Shown here: one piece after another, positions 18,311 through 26,920 of the stretch
Layout of the letters: the number at the start of each line of letters is the position of its first letter
Position numbering within the stretch: position 1 is the stretch's first letter
Position numbers and translations under genes: made by a program
NCBI GenBank assembly: GCA_035546035.1
Contig: DASZXC010000008.1
Span: forward strand, 71,202-121,950
Direction of reading: 5' to 3'
DNA length: 50,749 nt
Source of the DNA: Minisyncoccota bacterium
GTDB lineage: Bacteria; Patescibacteriota; Minisyncoccia; Phycocordibacterales; UBA6065
Notes under the pieces: generated by a model
What the model was told of the DNA's origin: nothing
The model's database searches: none
What the model saw: only the letters and a program-made list of their open reading frames with translations

Positions 18311-19299
18311 TATTGGAATATGACGAGACTCGCCTGGCCGCCCTGGAGGAGCTTCGTCTTATGTTGGATCAGTATGCCGATATTCGACTGCCCGCCGGCA
18401 GCCCCCGTCGTTCGGAGCGTTATCTCGTTCCTATCTTTGAAATCAGATACCGTCGTATCGTTAAGTGTCCAGTCGATCGAGAGATCGTTCAAAAGCATTT
18501 TAGAAGCCGAAATGTTGAAGGGTTCGGCGCGAAGTGTTATCTCTTCCCCGGCGAGGGTCATCGATCCGGCGAGCGCGCGCTCGTAGACGATGCCGTAAAG
18601 CGGGCTGTTCTCGTAGAAAAGCACTTCCGGAGCAGCCGGGGTTATCGTTATCGTCCTCGTAGCTCCTGCGTCGTGCGATACGGTCGAGACTTCAACGCTG
18701 ATATCGTCGCCTCCGCGCACGTAGCTCGACTGCGTTCCTGTATATGAGTCCTTTCCATATCCCGACTGTGCGCCGTCTGCCATCCCGTTCTTTTTCCAGC
18801 TGTATACAAGGGTCTTCGGGTCTGCCCTTTTGCCGTTCGATCCGACGAGATTCGATATAGCCGTCACCTTGAAAGACGATCCATAGGTTTCAAGCGCCTT
18901 CCCTTTATAGAACGGAGGCGCGTATCCGTCAGATTGCCAGAGAAGGTCAACGCTTCCCGGTCGTATGGTCGCTTTATTCGATACGGTGCCGATATCTATC
19001 GTCGCCACGTTCACAGAGACGCTTATCGCGGCAGTTGCCACCGGGACGCTGATGCTCGTTATGCCCACGCCCTTTTTGAATACCTTACCTTCGACGTACC
19101 AGGTGAAGGTAGCGCGGTCGAGGTCTGTGCTGAAGCTCTGCGCCGAAACCGTCACCGACGTATTCGGACGCGGGAATTCAGGCGAGATCTGAAAGGTCAC
19201 CGGTTCCGCGATGCCGGGAATGCTCTGGGCAGCGGCCGTCGAGACGGAAAAGAGGGCGAGAAAGAGAGCTAAAAGAGTGCTTTTTAACAAGCCAGGCAT
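18310..19299 (-). CDS. hypothetical secreted beta-rich protein
   Basis: Signal peptide MPGLLKSTLLALFLALFSVSTAAA|Q. Its stop shares 1 nt with the next start (TAATG). Confidence 0.6.
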   Translation of the reverse strand: MPGLLKSTLLALFLALFSVSTAAAQSIPGIAEPVTFQISPEFPRPNTSVTVSAQSFSTDLDRATFTWYVEGKVFKKGVGITSISVPVATAAISVSVNVATIDIGTVSNKATIRPGSVDLLWQSDGYAPPFYKGKALETYGSSFKVTAISNLVGSNGKRADPKTLVYSWKKNGMADGAQSGYGKDSYTGTQSSYVRGGDDISVEVSTVSHDAGATRTITITPAAPEVLFYENSPLYGIVYERALAGSMTLAGEEITLRAEPFNISASKMLLNDLSIDWTLNDTTVSDFKDRNEITLRTTGAAGGQSNIGILIQHKTKLLQGGQASLVIFQ

Positions 19300-19332
19300 G
19301 GAAATATTGTATCACAGCGAAAGCAATGAAAA

Positions 19333-19360
19333 AGAGAGCGCGGATGTATTTTTGCTCTCT
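19333..19360 (-). terminator. hairpin with flanking T-runs inside the T4SS-like gene string
   Basis: AGAGAGC-14 nt-GCTCTCT. The minus strand reads hairpin then CTTTTTCATT. It lies between the virB4-like stop (19368) and the next start (19299). Confidence 0.4.
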
Positions 19361-19367
19361 CTTTTTT

Positions 19368-21170
19368 CTACTCTATGGTCTTTTTCGTCTCCTTCATCGC
19401 CAATATCTGCGATGGGTCCGACGTGATTATCTGGTCTTCGGTGTACGAAGCGATGGTCTTTATGGCCACGTGCTTCAGACCGACGAAGAATATGCCCTCG
19501 CCCACGTCGGATTCGAGGAGGAGGTATTTTTCCTCGTCGGTGAGGTTGAATACCTGCTGGAGCCTGTCTATGGACGACGGAGACTGCTTCAAAAGCACCT
19601 GAATGGACGAGTTGGTGATGATCGGAAGGCCATACGGGGATTTAAGGAAGTCGTCCACGTCCTGGGTTATAGTCGCAAGGCCCAGGTAGTATTTGCGTCC
19701 GCGCTTGGCGAGGCCAAGCAAGAACGACGCGGTATCTTCGGATTTCATCATCCACCACGCCTCGTCTATGACGAGGAGGCGCTTCTTGAGGTTCTTCCTG
19801 ACCGCGTTCCATATATAGTGCGTGACGATATACATAGCGACGGGCTTGAGCTCTTCTTCCATGTCGCGAAGCGAGAATACGATGAATTTAGCGCCGATGT
19901 CTACGTTCGTCGGCTTATTGATGAAGCCTGACCACGTTCCCTTCGTATATTTGGTCAGTCGCTGAACGAGAGACTCGCCTCCTTCCATGCCGGCGAGCAC
20001 GAGTTCGAAGTCGGAAAGAAGAGGCGGCTCGGTGTGGGAGAAATCCGAATCAGGCGTAATGTCTTTGAGCGCATACGTTTCGGTGATCGCCTTGTCTATG
20101 ATCGCGTCTTCTTCCGGGGTGAGCCCGCCCATCATGATCCTGAAGAGGCCGACGAGGTTGATGATATTGGAGCGAAGCACGTCCGCGGGCGATTCGTCTT
20201 CGCGCGGCGCCGGAAGGTCGAACGGGTTGATGTGGTGCTCGGAATTGAGCGAGATGTTGAAATATTTGCCGCCTGTAGATTCGGCGAGGAATTCATATTC
20301 TCTTTCAGGGTCTATGACGATGACGTCGGTGTCGAACATGAGCGTTCGAAGGATCTCGAGCTTCGTCGCATATGATTTGCCGGCGCCCGATTTCGCGAAC
20401 GTGATCGAGTTGTAATTTTCCAGGGAGAATCGATCGAAAAGCACGAGCGACGAATTGTGCCTATTGATGCCGTAGAGGATGCCTTTGTCCGACGTCAGGT
20501 CGAACGATATGAACGGGAAAAGACTCGAAAGAGGGCTTGAATTAAGCTTGGAATGGACGAGAAGTTCGTCGGACGCCGTAGGGAGGTTGGATTTATATCC
20601 CTGCTCTTGCTGGAAAAGCGCCGGCTTTACATAGACGAGCTTTGATTCGAGGATCGATTTGATTTCGGATTCGGTTTTGTCGAGCTCCTGCTCCGATTCG
20701 CCGTATATGGAGATGTAGACGCCCACGTCGAAGAGCTTTTCCTGCGCCTGCTGGAGCTGGTCGCGAAGCTGTTCGAGATCCTGGTACGCGGTGTCGAGCA
20801 TCGGATCGCGGACGAGGCCTTTCTGCTCGCGGATGCTGATCTGGCTCTGCACCTCGGCCACTTTTTTCTGGAACGTGCGGAGCACTTTCTCGGTCTCGAC
20901 CGGATGGACGAAGATAGAGATGTTAAAGACCTTGTCGAGGTTAATGATCGGAGCGAACCACGATTCCGAGAGGAAGCGCGGATACGATATAACGAAGAAC
21001 GAGCGCACGATCTTGTCGCCCAAAGAGAGTTCGCGCGGCGAGACCTTTAAAGCCGAAGGCGCGATGACGTCTTTTAATTCCAAAACACCCGCCTCGTATA
21101 TCTCCGAAGGCAAAATCGGCGCTATGGACGCCTGACTCTCCTTTTTTTTAAGAAAATCGAATATTCCCAT
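19368..21170 (-). CDS. virB4: VirB4/TrsE-like T4SS ATPase
   Basis: Walker A FAKSGAGKSYATK, Walker B KKRLLVIDEAWWMM, N-terminal ..IAPSALKVSPRELSLGDKIVRSFFVISYPRFL typical of VirB4-family proteins. 600 aa. Confidence 0.88.
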   Translation of the reverse strand: MGIFDFLKKKESQASIAPILPSEIYEAGVLELKDVIAPSALKVSPRELSLGDKIVRSFFVISYPRFLSESWFAPIINLDKVFNISIFVHPVETEKVLRTFQKKVAEVQSQISIREQKGLVRDPMLDTAYQDLEQLRDQLQQAQEKLFDVGVYISIYGESEQELDKTESEIKSILESKLVYVKPALFQQEQGYKSNLPTASDELLVHSKLNSSPLSSLFPFISFDLTSDKGILYGINRHNSSLVLFDRFSLENYNSITFAKSGAGKSYATKLEILRTLMFDTDVIVIDPEREYEFLAESTGGKYFNISLNSEHHINPFDLPAPREDESPADVLRSNIINLVGLFRIMMGGLTPEEDAIIDKAITETYALKDITPDSDFSHTEPPLLSDFELVLAGMEGGESLVQRLTKYTKGTWSGFINKPTNVDIGAKFIVFSLRDMEEELKPVAMYIVTHYIWNAVRKNLKKRLLVIDEAWWMMKSEDTASFLLGLAKRGRKYYLGLATITQDVDDFLKSPYGLPIITNSSIQVLLKQSPSSIDRLQQVFNLTDEEKYLLLESDVGEGIFFVGLKHVAIKTIASYTEDQIITSDPSQILAMKETKKTIE

Positions 21171-21171
21171 A

Positions 21172-21810
21172 TTAGTTCAAAGGTATAGGCTTCTCGGTAT
21201 CGCCCGGGTTGAAGATCTTGTAGAAGAGTTCGACGATCTCTTCCGTGCCGAGCTCTATCGTGCGGATGCCGCAGCGGACGAGGCCTTGCGTCACCACCCC
21301 TACTCTTTGCTCGAGCTGGCTACGATGCTCTTCGAATTGGGCGAGCTTCTGCTCCGCGGTCTCTTCCGACGTCTTCTTTTTGCCGATGATGCCGGAAACC
21401 GTTCCCGTGCTGATAGCTGCGGGCGAATACGGCACGACGACGAAGAACGTCTTGGTCATGATGTTCGAATTCTCCGTGAAATTCTTGATGAATTGTATGT
21501 ATTCGCGCGTCTGGATCTTGAGGAGATCTCCGACCTGTTCGCGGAGTCGGTTCTCGAGAAGCGCTATATAGGGCCTGATATCGAGCTTCCTCGACTGGAT
21601 GAATATCTGGACCGAAAAATCGAGCGAGTTCAGGAAATTCTGGAACTGCATGATGATAGACTGCTGTTCGTCAGCCGATTTGAGGGCGAAGTTGAGCGAC
21701 GATGCCATGACGATAGCGCGAAGAGATTCGTCTTTCAGTATGACGATGCCCTGACGGATCTCCTTGATAGGTACGAAATCTTGCGTTGTCTTGGCGTTGG
21801 TGGCTGCCAT
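21172..21810 (-). CDS. T4SS-associated protein, possibly a detached VirB4 N-terminal-like domain
   Basis: The stop lies 1 nt before the virB4-like ATG. The sequence TQDFVPIKEIRQGIVILKDESLRAIVMASSLNFALKSADEQQSII..FLNSL.. resembles the very N-terminus of Gram-positive VirB4-type proteins. 212 + 600 aa is roughly normal VirB4 length. Confidence 0.55.
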   Translation of the reverse strand: MAATNAKTTQDFVPIKEIRQGIVILKDESLRAIVMASSLNFALKSADEQQSIIMQFQNFLNSLDFSVQIFIQSRKLDIRPYIALLENRLREQVGDLLKIQTREYIQFIKNFTENSNIMTKTFFVVVPYSPAAISTGTVSGIIGKKKTSEETAEQKLAQFEEHRSQLEQRVGVVTQGLVRCGIRTIELGTEEIVELFYKIFNPGDTEKPIPLN

Positions 21811-21825
21811 TTATTCAGTATATCA

Positions 21826-22272
21826 CTAGATATTGCTCTTCCCTCCCTGGCTTTGGGCCGGATTCTGGCTCTGCTTGATGTCGAGCGACCAGGTCAGGTC
21901 TTTCAGCTTGGAATCCGAAAGCTTCGGCACATAGAAATCGAGATTTCCCGACGTTGCGGGCGCCACGGCCTTCTTGGCGACGATAGGCTTGTCTATTTTT
22001 TTCCAGATATAGAGCTTGTTGCCGACGTAATACGTGAATGCTGCCTCGACGACGTTGATGAACGGTTTGTTATTGATCTTGTAGAACGCCAGAGCAAGGA
22101 CGAAACCGAGGATCGGCACGATCAAGATGGCGTCTATGACGATATTCTTGATAAACGTATATATAAGGAATGAAAGACCGGCCCCTCCGAGGAGATAGAG
22201 GAATTGTTTGAGCGTCAGGGGGCCGAATATCTTGTCTTCGACCTCTATGAATTGAGGGACTTGAAAGCGCAT
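21826..22272 (-). CDS. PrgI-family (VirB3-like) two-TM T4SS protein
   Basis: MRFQVPQFIEVEDKIFGPLTLKQFLYLLGGAGLSFLIY.. matches the PrgI-family N-terminal signature (EDKI.G.LT.RQ) followed by two TM helices. It lies upstream of virB4 as in Gram-positive systems. Confidence 0.7.
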   Translation of the reverse strand: MRFQVPQFIEVEDKIFGPLTLKQFLYLLGGAGLSFLIYTFIKNIVIDAILIVPILGFVLALAFYKINNKPFINVVEAAFTYYVGNKLYIWKKIDKPIVAKKAVAPATSGNLDFYVPKLSDSKLKDLTWSLDIKQSQNPAQSQGGKSNI

Positions 22273-22310
22273 ATGGTTACGCGCTTATTATAGCGCATTT
22301 AACAGGCTGA

Positions 22311-22886
22311 TTACGCGAGAGGCTCGCGGTACGGGTCAGACGCGTATTTCGTAGGCATATTTACGGGAGCCTTCATCTTTTCGGCGATGAAATCTTTAGA
22401 AACCGCGTCTTTCGATGGCTCCGGGACGATTTCGCGCGGCTTTGCTGGGCCTGGGATCGTCTGATCTGCTGCCGATATAGGATGCACGGCCGGCGCGGGG
22501 TTCTCGATTTCGGAGAGGATCTGGTCGCGGTCGTTCGAAGGAGCCTCTTCTTTCGGCATTTGAGATTCCGCTGAATCGGCCTCCTGCATCTTTTCGCGGA
22601 TCTTGAGGAAAATAGTGCGGTTAACCTGCTCGCCTATTCTGATAGCGGCTTCATGGGCTATAGCAAGGCGTTTTTCTATGCTCGGAACGAAATCAGCTGA
22701 TTGCTTGAGGCCATAAAGAACCATGAATACCTCGTCTTCGAGGAGGCCGAGCTTGTCGAGAAGGAGAGAGTTGTCCTTTCCTGTCGCGCTCAAGTCGCGC
22801 GTGAAATCGTCCGAGAGCATGAAATTGCGGAGAATCGGAGGGAGTTTTTTGAACGCTTCTTTTTTCTGTTCAGGCGTGAATTCCAT
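22311..22886 (-). CDS. hypothetical soluble protein in the T4SS-like operon
   Basis: 191 aa with no TM segment or signal peptide. Tightly packed (5 nt after the upstream stop). Confidence 0.55.
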   Translation of the reverse strand: MEFTPEQKKEAFKKLPPILRNFMLSDDFTRDLSATGKDNSLLLDKLGLLEDEVFMVLYGLKQSADFVPSIEKRLAIAHEAAIRIGEQVNRTIFLKIREKMQEADSAESQMPKEEAPSNDRDQILSEIENPAPAVHPISAADQTIPGPAKPREIVPEPSKDAVSKDFIAEKMKAPVNMPTKYASDPYREPLA

Positions 22887-22891
22887 ATGCT

Positions 22892-25255
22892 TTAGAATAT
22901 CGATCCTTTACCCGCGTTGTTAAGCCAGTCGTTAAGCTTGTCGAATCCGGCGACGCCGTTGTTCGCCATGTTCTCTATATATTCGCGCATAACCTTGCGA
23001 GTCGTGTCGTCGACGTCGTTCTGGACCATCTTGTCGAGGATGTCGGTATTGCCCCTTCGCGCGAGCACGGCCATCACCTCTTGGTTGACCGCAGGCCTTC
23101 CTCCCTGGTCATTCCTGAAGAATTTGTCTCCAAGCTTCGATATTTCGCCTGCCTGCATCTTTGCTATCGCTCTTTCGATCTCATCGGCCGGTCTGGTCTG
23201 GGCAATAGCGTAAAGATCTTCATAGCGGGCATCCCTCATGCGGATCCTTGTTTCGTTCGTCAGCCTGTTGCTGCCGACAAGTTTGCTGAACTTGTCATAA
23301 TCCATCGATTCGGGCTTGACCACGGCAGGCTTCCTGAGGGTTTCCGGAGGAAGATTGCTAAGCTCTTTATCCGAATGATTCCTGAGAGCGGCTCGCACCA
23401 CGTCAGGCGAAGGGTTCGGAGCATTGACCGCTTTTTCGACGTCAGAGAGTCGGGCTTTCCATATCTTTGCCTTACCCTCGTCAGTTTCAGCCTTATCGGC
23501 AAGGTATTCGGCTTGGCTTTCCGTGATGGTCCGCATGAATTCCTCGCTTCCGAGGGCTTTTTTACTGATCTTTTCGAGCTCGCGATTGCCGAGCTTCTGC
23601 GTGCGGTCAGAGACGGTGAGCTTCGCATTCTTGAATGCGGCTTGTGCGGCATTATACGTTGCGTCGCCTGGACCAGCTCCCGCTCGTTCGAGGCGTTCGA
23701 TCTCGAGCCTCTGCTCTTCGACCGCGGCGAGCTGCTTGAGGATCTCCTGATTCGTAAGCTCGATCTTCTTCTCCTCGTTCCATTCCCCGATCTGCGTCTT
23801 GACCGCCTTCGCGTCGGCGCCCTTTATGTCGATCTTCGAGCCCGTGTTGCTCGAAACCGTGCTAGAAAGCAATTCCCCGACGCTGCCGCTGCCCGTAGGA
23901 AGGTTTCGGACGTCCCATGTTCCCGACTTCATCTTATCCACCGACGCCTGTCCGATATCCTTGAGTCCCTGTCCAGGAGCCTTCACGTACTTCAGTATCT
24001 TGCTGTCGCCTGTGAGGATCGGGGGAAGATTCGTGCTGACGGTCTTCGAATATGCGGCGTACCTGTCTTTCAAGCCGCCTTCCGTAGAGATCGCGGCGCC
24101 GAGGCCGCGACCTGCCGCGCGCAGGCCCGTCGTGAGCCCGCCCGTCGCGTATGTGCCGATCGCGTTCACCGCAAGCTTGCCGAGACCGTCAGCGACGCCG
24201 CCGAGAGTCTTGCCCATCTGACCGCTCCATTTTTTCGATATGCTCAAGGTGCTCTGAAGGAGGAATATGATGATGAAGTAGTTGAAATACTGCGCGACCT
24301 TGAACGAGGTTCCCGGAACATCGGTCGCTCCGTTTACGCCGGATGCGCTCGTGAACGCGGTCCCAAGAGCGTCGATCGAGTTTATGAACTGAAGCGATAT
24401 ATAGAGCATGATCAGGAATACGAGCGGGAACATCGCGGCGTTCGTGAGTTCGTTCCACCATTCTTCCGAGTACGGAGCGACTTGGGGCAATACTTTGCCC
24501 ATGAATCCGACCGGCGAGAATACGAGAAGGAATAGAAGCGTGATGCTTCGCGCCATGAAAAGCACCGCCGCATAGAGGAATATATAGATGGCTATGAGCG
24601 TGATGGCGAGACGGAGCATCCTGCCGATGAAGTTCTGCGACGGATCCGTCACCGGCTTCGCCTGGGCTTTCCAGAGATCGACGAGGCCCATTCGGTCGGT
24701 TATGAGGCTGCTCAAGCTTGGATTCGTGGCATTCGAAGCCGCGAGCGACTTGTTCACGCCCGTGTAGAGCCAGTTTCCGAAGACGTTGCTCACGTCGATC
24801 GCCGCCTTGGTTATGAAAAGGCTGAAGTTTATGAGTATAGCCGCGATTACGACGTTTTTAAGCGCGGTTCCCGTATTGTATCCTGCGCCGCTTATGATCG
24901 TCTTCAGGCTTATGAATATAAGAATGAATATGAAGAAGAGGTTCGCTATGTCGCGGATGATGGACCAGCCCAGGTTGATCGCCGGCGAAAGGCTGAAGAT
25001 GTATGCGGTGTGAAGACCGAACTGGATCGCCGCGTCGAGGATGACGCCGGAGAGGTAGAGGACGCCTGCCGCGAGCGGAAGGATTAGGATCTCGAACGTA
25101 TAGCTGACGATCCCTCCTACGAAGTCTGCTGCGTTGAACACGCTTCCGATCACATCGGCGACGCCAAGCGCGTGCGCGAAATGCGGCATCGCGAAGAACG
25201 CCGCCGCGAGCGGAAGGACGAGAGCCGTTATTTTTCTGTTAAGGAATCGCTTCAT
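22892..25255 (-). CDS. VirB6/TrbL-like polytopic membrane protein with a long hydrophilic C-terminal domain
   Basis: Signal/TM N-terminus, then at least 6 hydrophobic segments in the first ~400 aa. This is followed by ~390 aa of charged, partly coiled-coil sequence. Position and topology fit VirB6. Confidence 0.65.
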   Translation of the reverse strand: MKRFLNRKITALVLPLAAAFFAMPHFAHALGVADVIGSVFNAADFVGGIVSYTFEILILPLAAGVLYLSGVILDAAIQFGLHTAYIFSLSPAINLGWSIIRDIANLFFIFILIFISLKTIISGAGYNTGTALKNVVIAAILINFSLFITKAAIDVSNVFGNWLYTGVNKSLAASNATNPSLSSLITDRMGLVDLWKAQAKPVTDPSQNFIGRMLRLAITLIAIYIFLYAAVLFMARSITLLFLLVFSPVGFMGKVLPQVAPYSEEWWNELTNAAMFPLVFLIMLYISLQFINSIDALGTAFTSASGVNGATDVPGTSFKVAQYFNYFIIIFLLQSTLSISKKWSGQMGKTLGGVADGLGKLAVNAIGTYATGGLTTGLRAAGRGLGAAISTEGGLKDRYAAYSKTVSTNLPPILTGDSKILKYVKAPGQGLKDIGQASVDKMKSGTWDVRNLPTGSGSVGELLSSTVSSNTGSKIDIKGADAKAVKTQIGEWNEEKKIELTNQEILKQLAAVEEQRLEIERLERAGAGPGDATYNAAQAAFKNAKLTVSDRTQKLGNRELEKISKKALGSEEFMRTITESQAEYLADKAETDEGKAKIWKARLSDVEKAVNAPNPSPDVVRAALRNHSDKELSNLPPETLRKPAVVKPESMDYDKFSKLVGSNRLTNETRIRMRDARYEDLYAIAQTRPADEIERAIAKMQAGEISKLGDKFFRNDQGGRPAVNQEVMAVLARRGNTDILDKMVQNDVDDTTRKVMREYIENMANNGVAGFDKLNDWLNNAGKGSIF

Positions 25256-25257
25256 AG

Positions 25258-26880
25258 CTATTGGACGGTGAATTCAGTCGAGAAGTTCTTCGCGCCTCCC
25301 TCTCCGTCGCTGACGGACGTGTCGATCACATATGTGCCCGGCATGGATGCGAAGGACGACCTGCTTGCTGTCCTGACCGTTCCGCTGAACTTCAGGATGT
25401 ACGGAGAGTTCTCGTCAGCAGAGACGTTCGACCAGGTTTCGCTCCACTCTCCGTTCGTCGGATATGTGCTGATGCTCGTCCCATCTGACCTGCCTGTCGC
25501 GATGCGGAAATCGGAGAACGGGCCGCTGAACGGAACGAATGCGTTGTTCGCTTTCGAACGGAGGGTCGACGTGACTCTCATGTTCGTCGCGTGCTTGTTG
25601 ACCGCGATGCGAAGGACGAAGAGGAACGGAGTCGTCACGCTCGTCACGCTCGTCTTGTCGTCGATCGAGAGGGTGATCGAAAGGGGCTGGGCGGAATCAT
25701 CTGTCACGTCAGGCGTGCCTGTTCCCGAAAGCAAGGGAAGATAATTCGCGCCGTTAGAATCCAGGAACGCGCCGTCGATGTCGCTCTCGTCGGTGAGCTG
25801 ACTTACGCCGCTGTCATATGCGCTCATAAGCGCGGGGTCGATAGAGCCGCCGCCCAAAGCGCCCCCATATGTAGCGCTATTTCCGGAACCGTTGGATTTT
25901 TTGCCTGCGCCGAGGAGGCCCTTCGCCCCGTTTACCACCTGCAGCATCATCTGGTTCGTAAGGGCGCCGACGATGGCGTCTATGTCATCGGCGACCTCAA
26001 GCTGGCGGACCCCGGAGCCGAGTGTGACCTCAAGCTGGCTTTCGACGACGGTGCCCGGCGTGCGCGTTTCCGCGCCGGCGCAATTTTCACTAGCCGGATC
26101 GAGATTGCTCGGATCGCTGCCGTCGTACGTCTCCGTACAGACGCTCCAGGATCGGAATCCTTTGCCCCAGTCGAGCTCCCTGTTCTGGACTTCGAGCCTC
26201 TGCGCGATCTGTCGCGACAATTCGTTCTGCGCGAGGACGGTCGCGCCGTAAACGTTGTTCTGCGGAGCGACGGTCGTCTGGAGCCAGGTGTCCCAGCCGC
26301 CCCTGTTATTGCCGTTCGCGAAGCCCGTGACGTTGTCTTCGATCTGGGACAGCGTACATGAGTATCGCTGATGGTACGGCAGATACGTTTGGGCGACTGC
26401 TATGCGCACTTGGAGCGAGAACGGGCTACACAGGAATCCTGCCCTGAGATCGCGGTCTATGAATTCGCCGATCGCCATATCGGTAGTGTCCTGGATAAGG
26501 CCATGAAGATCCTGTACGAACGACGGGCTGCCGTGGAAGCCGCTGTTGATCCACGCGATGATGCTTCCCGTGACGTTTTGGAGCATCGCTTTCGCCAGCC
26601 TGACGGCGATCGGCTTCAATACGCAGTCTTGGAAGAAGCTTCCGTAACTCGCTCCCGCGCCGACGATGCCCGCAGCGTCTCCGCCCGGAGCAGAGACTGT
26701 GACGCCGATGACTTTTGCCGTCGCGGAGAGGCCGACTGCGGCCGCGACGGCCCCGGCGACTACGGATGCGCAGGTCGAGGCGGCCTCAGTCTTTGCCGGG
26801 TACGAAAGAAATGCGCTCGGTATGAGAAGCGAGCCCATAAGGACCAGGACGACCGCTTTTGTGCTGAAACGAGAGAGCAT
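25258..26880 (-). CDS. hypothetical large secreted protein
   Basis: Signal peptide ..PAKTEA|AS. A Cys-containing conserved-looking N-terminal half (..IIAWINSGFHGSPSFVQDL..) and a beta-rich C-terminal half. Confidence 0.6.
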   Translation of the reverse strand: MLSRFSTKAVVLVLMGSLLIPSAFLSYPAKTEAASTCASVVAGAVAAAVGLSATAKVIGVTVSAPGGDAAGIVGAGASYGSFFQDCVLKPIAVRLAKAMLQNVTGSIIAWINSGFHGSPSFVQDLHGLIQDTTDMAIGEFIDRDLRAGFLCSPFSLQVRIAVAQTYLPYHQRYSCTLSQIEDNVTGFANGNNRGGWDTWLQTTVAPQNNVYGATVLAQNELSRQIAQRLEVQNRELDWGKGFRSWSVCTETYDGSDPSNLDPASENCAGAETRTPGTVVESQLEVTLGSGVRQLEVADDIDAIVGALTNQMMLQVVNGAKGLLGAGKKSNGSGNSATYGGALGGGSIDPALMSAYDSGVSQLTDESDIDGAFLDSNGANYLPLLSGTGTPDVTDDSAQPLSITLSIDDKTSVTSVTTPFLFVLRIAVNKHATNMRVTSTLRSKANNAFVPFSGPFSDFRIATGRSDGTSISTYPTNGEWSETWSNVSADENSPYILKFSGTVRTASRSSFASMPGTYVIDTSVSDGEGGAKNFSTEFTVQ

Positions 26881-26920
26881 TTATCTCGATAAGATATAGG
26901 TATCGAGATAAATTATACCA

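Noticed and set aside
23081-26361. Long + strand ORFs (23081..24535, 25591..26361, 26371..26892) across the T4SS-like operon.
   Set aside because: They are antisense shadows with Arg/Glu/Asp-rich composition and no motifs. The minus-strand products have signal peptides, TM segments and tight operon spacing.
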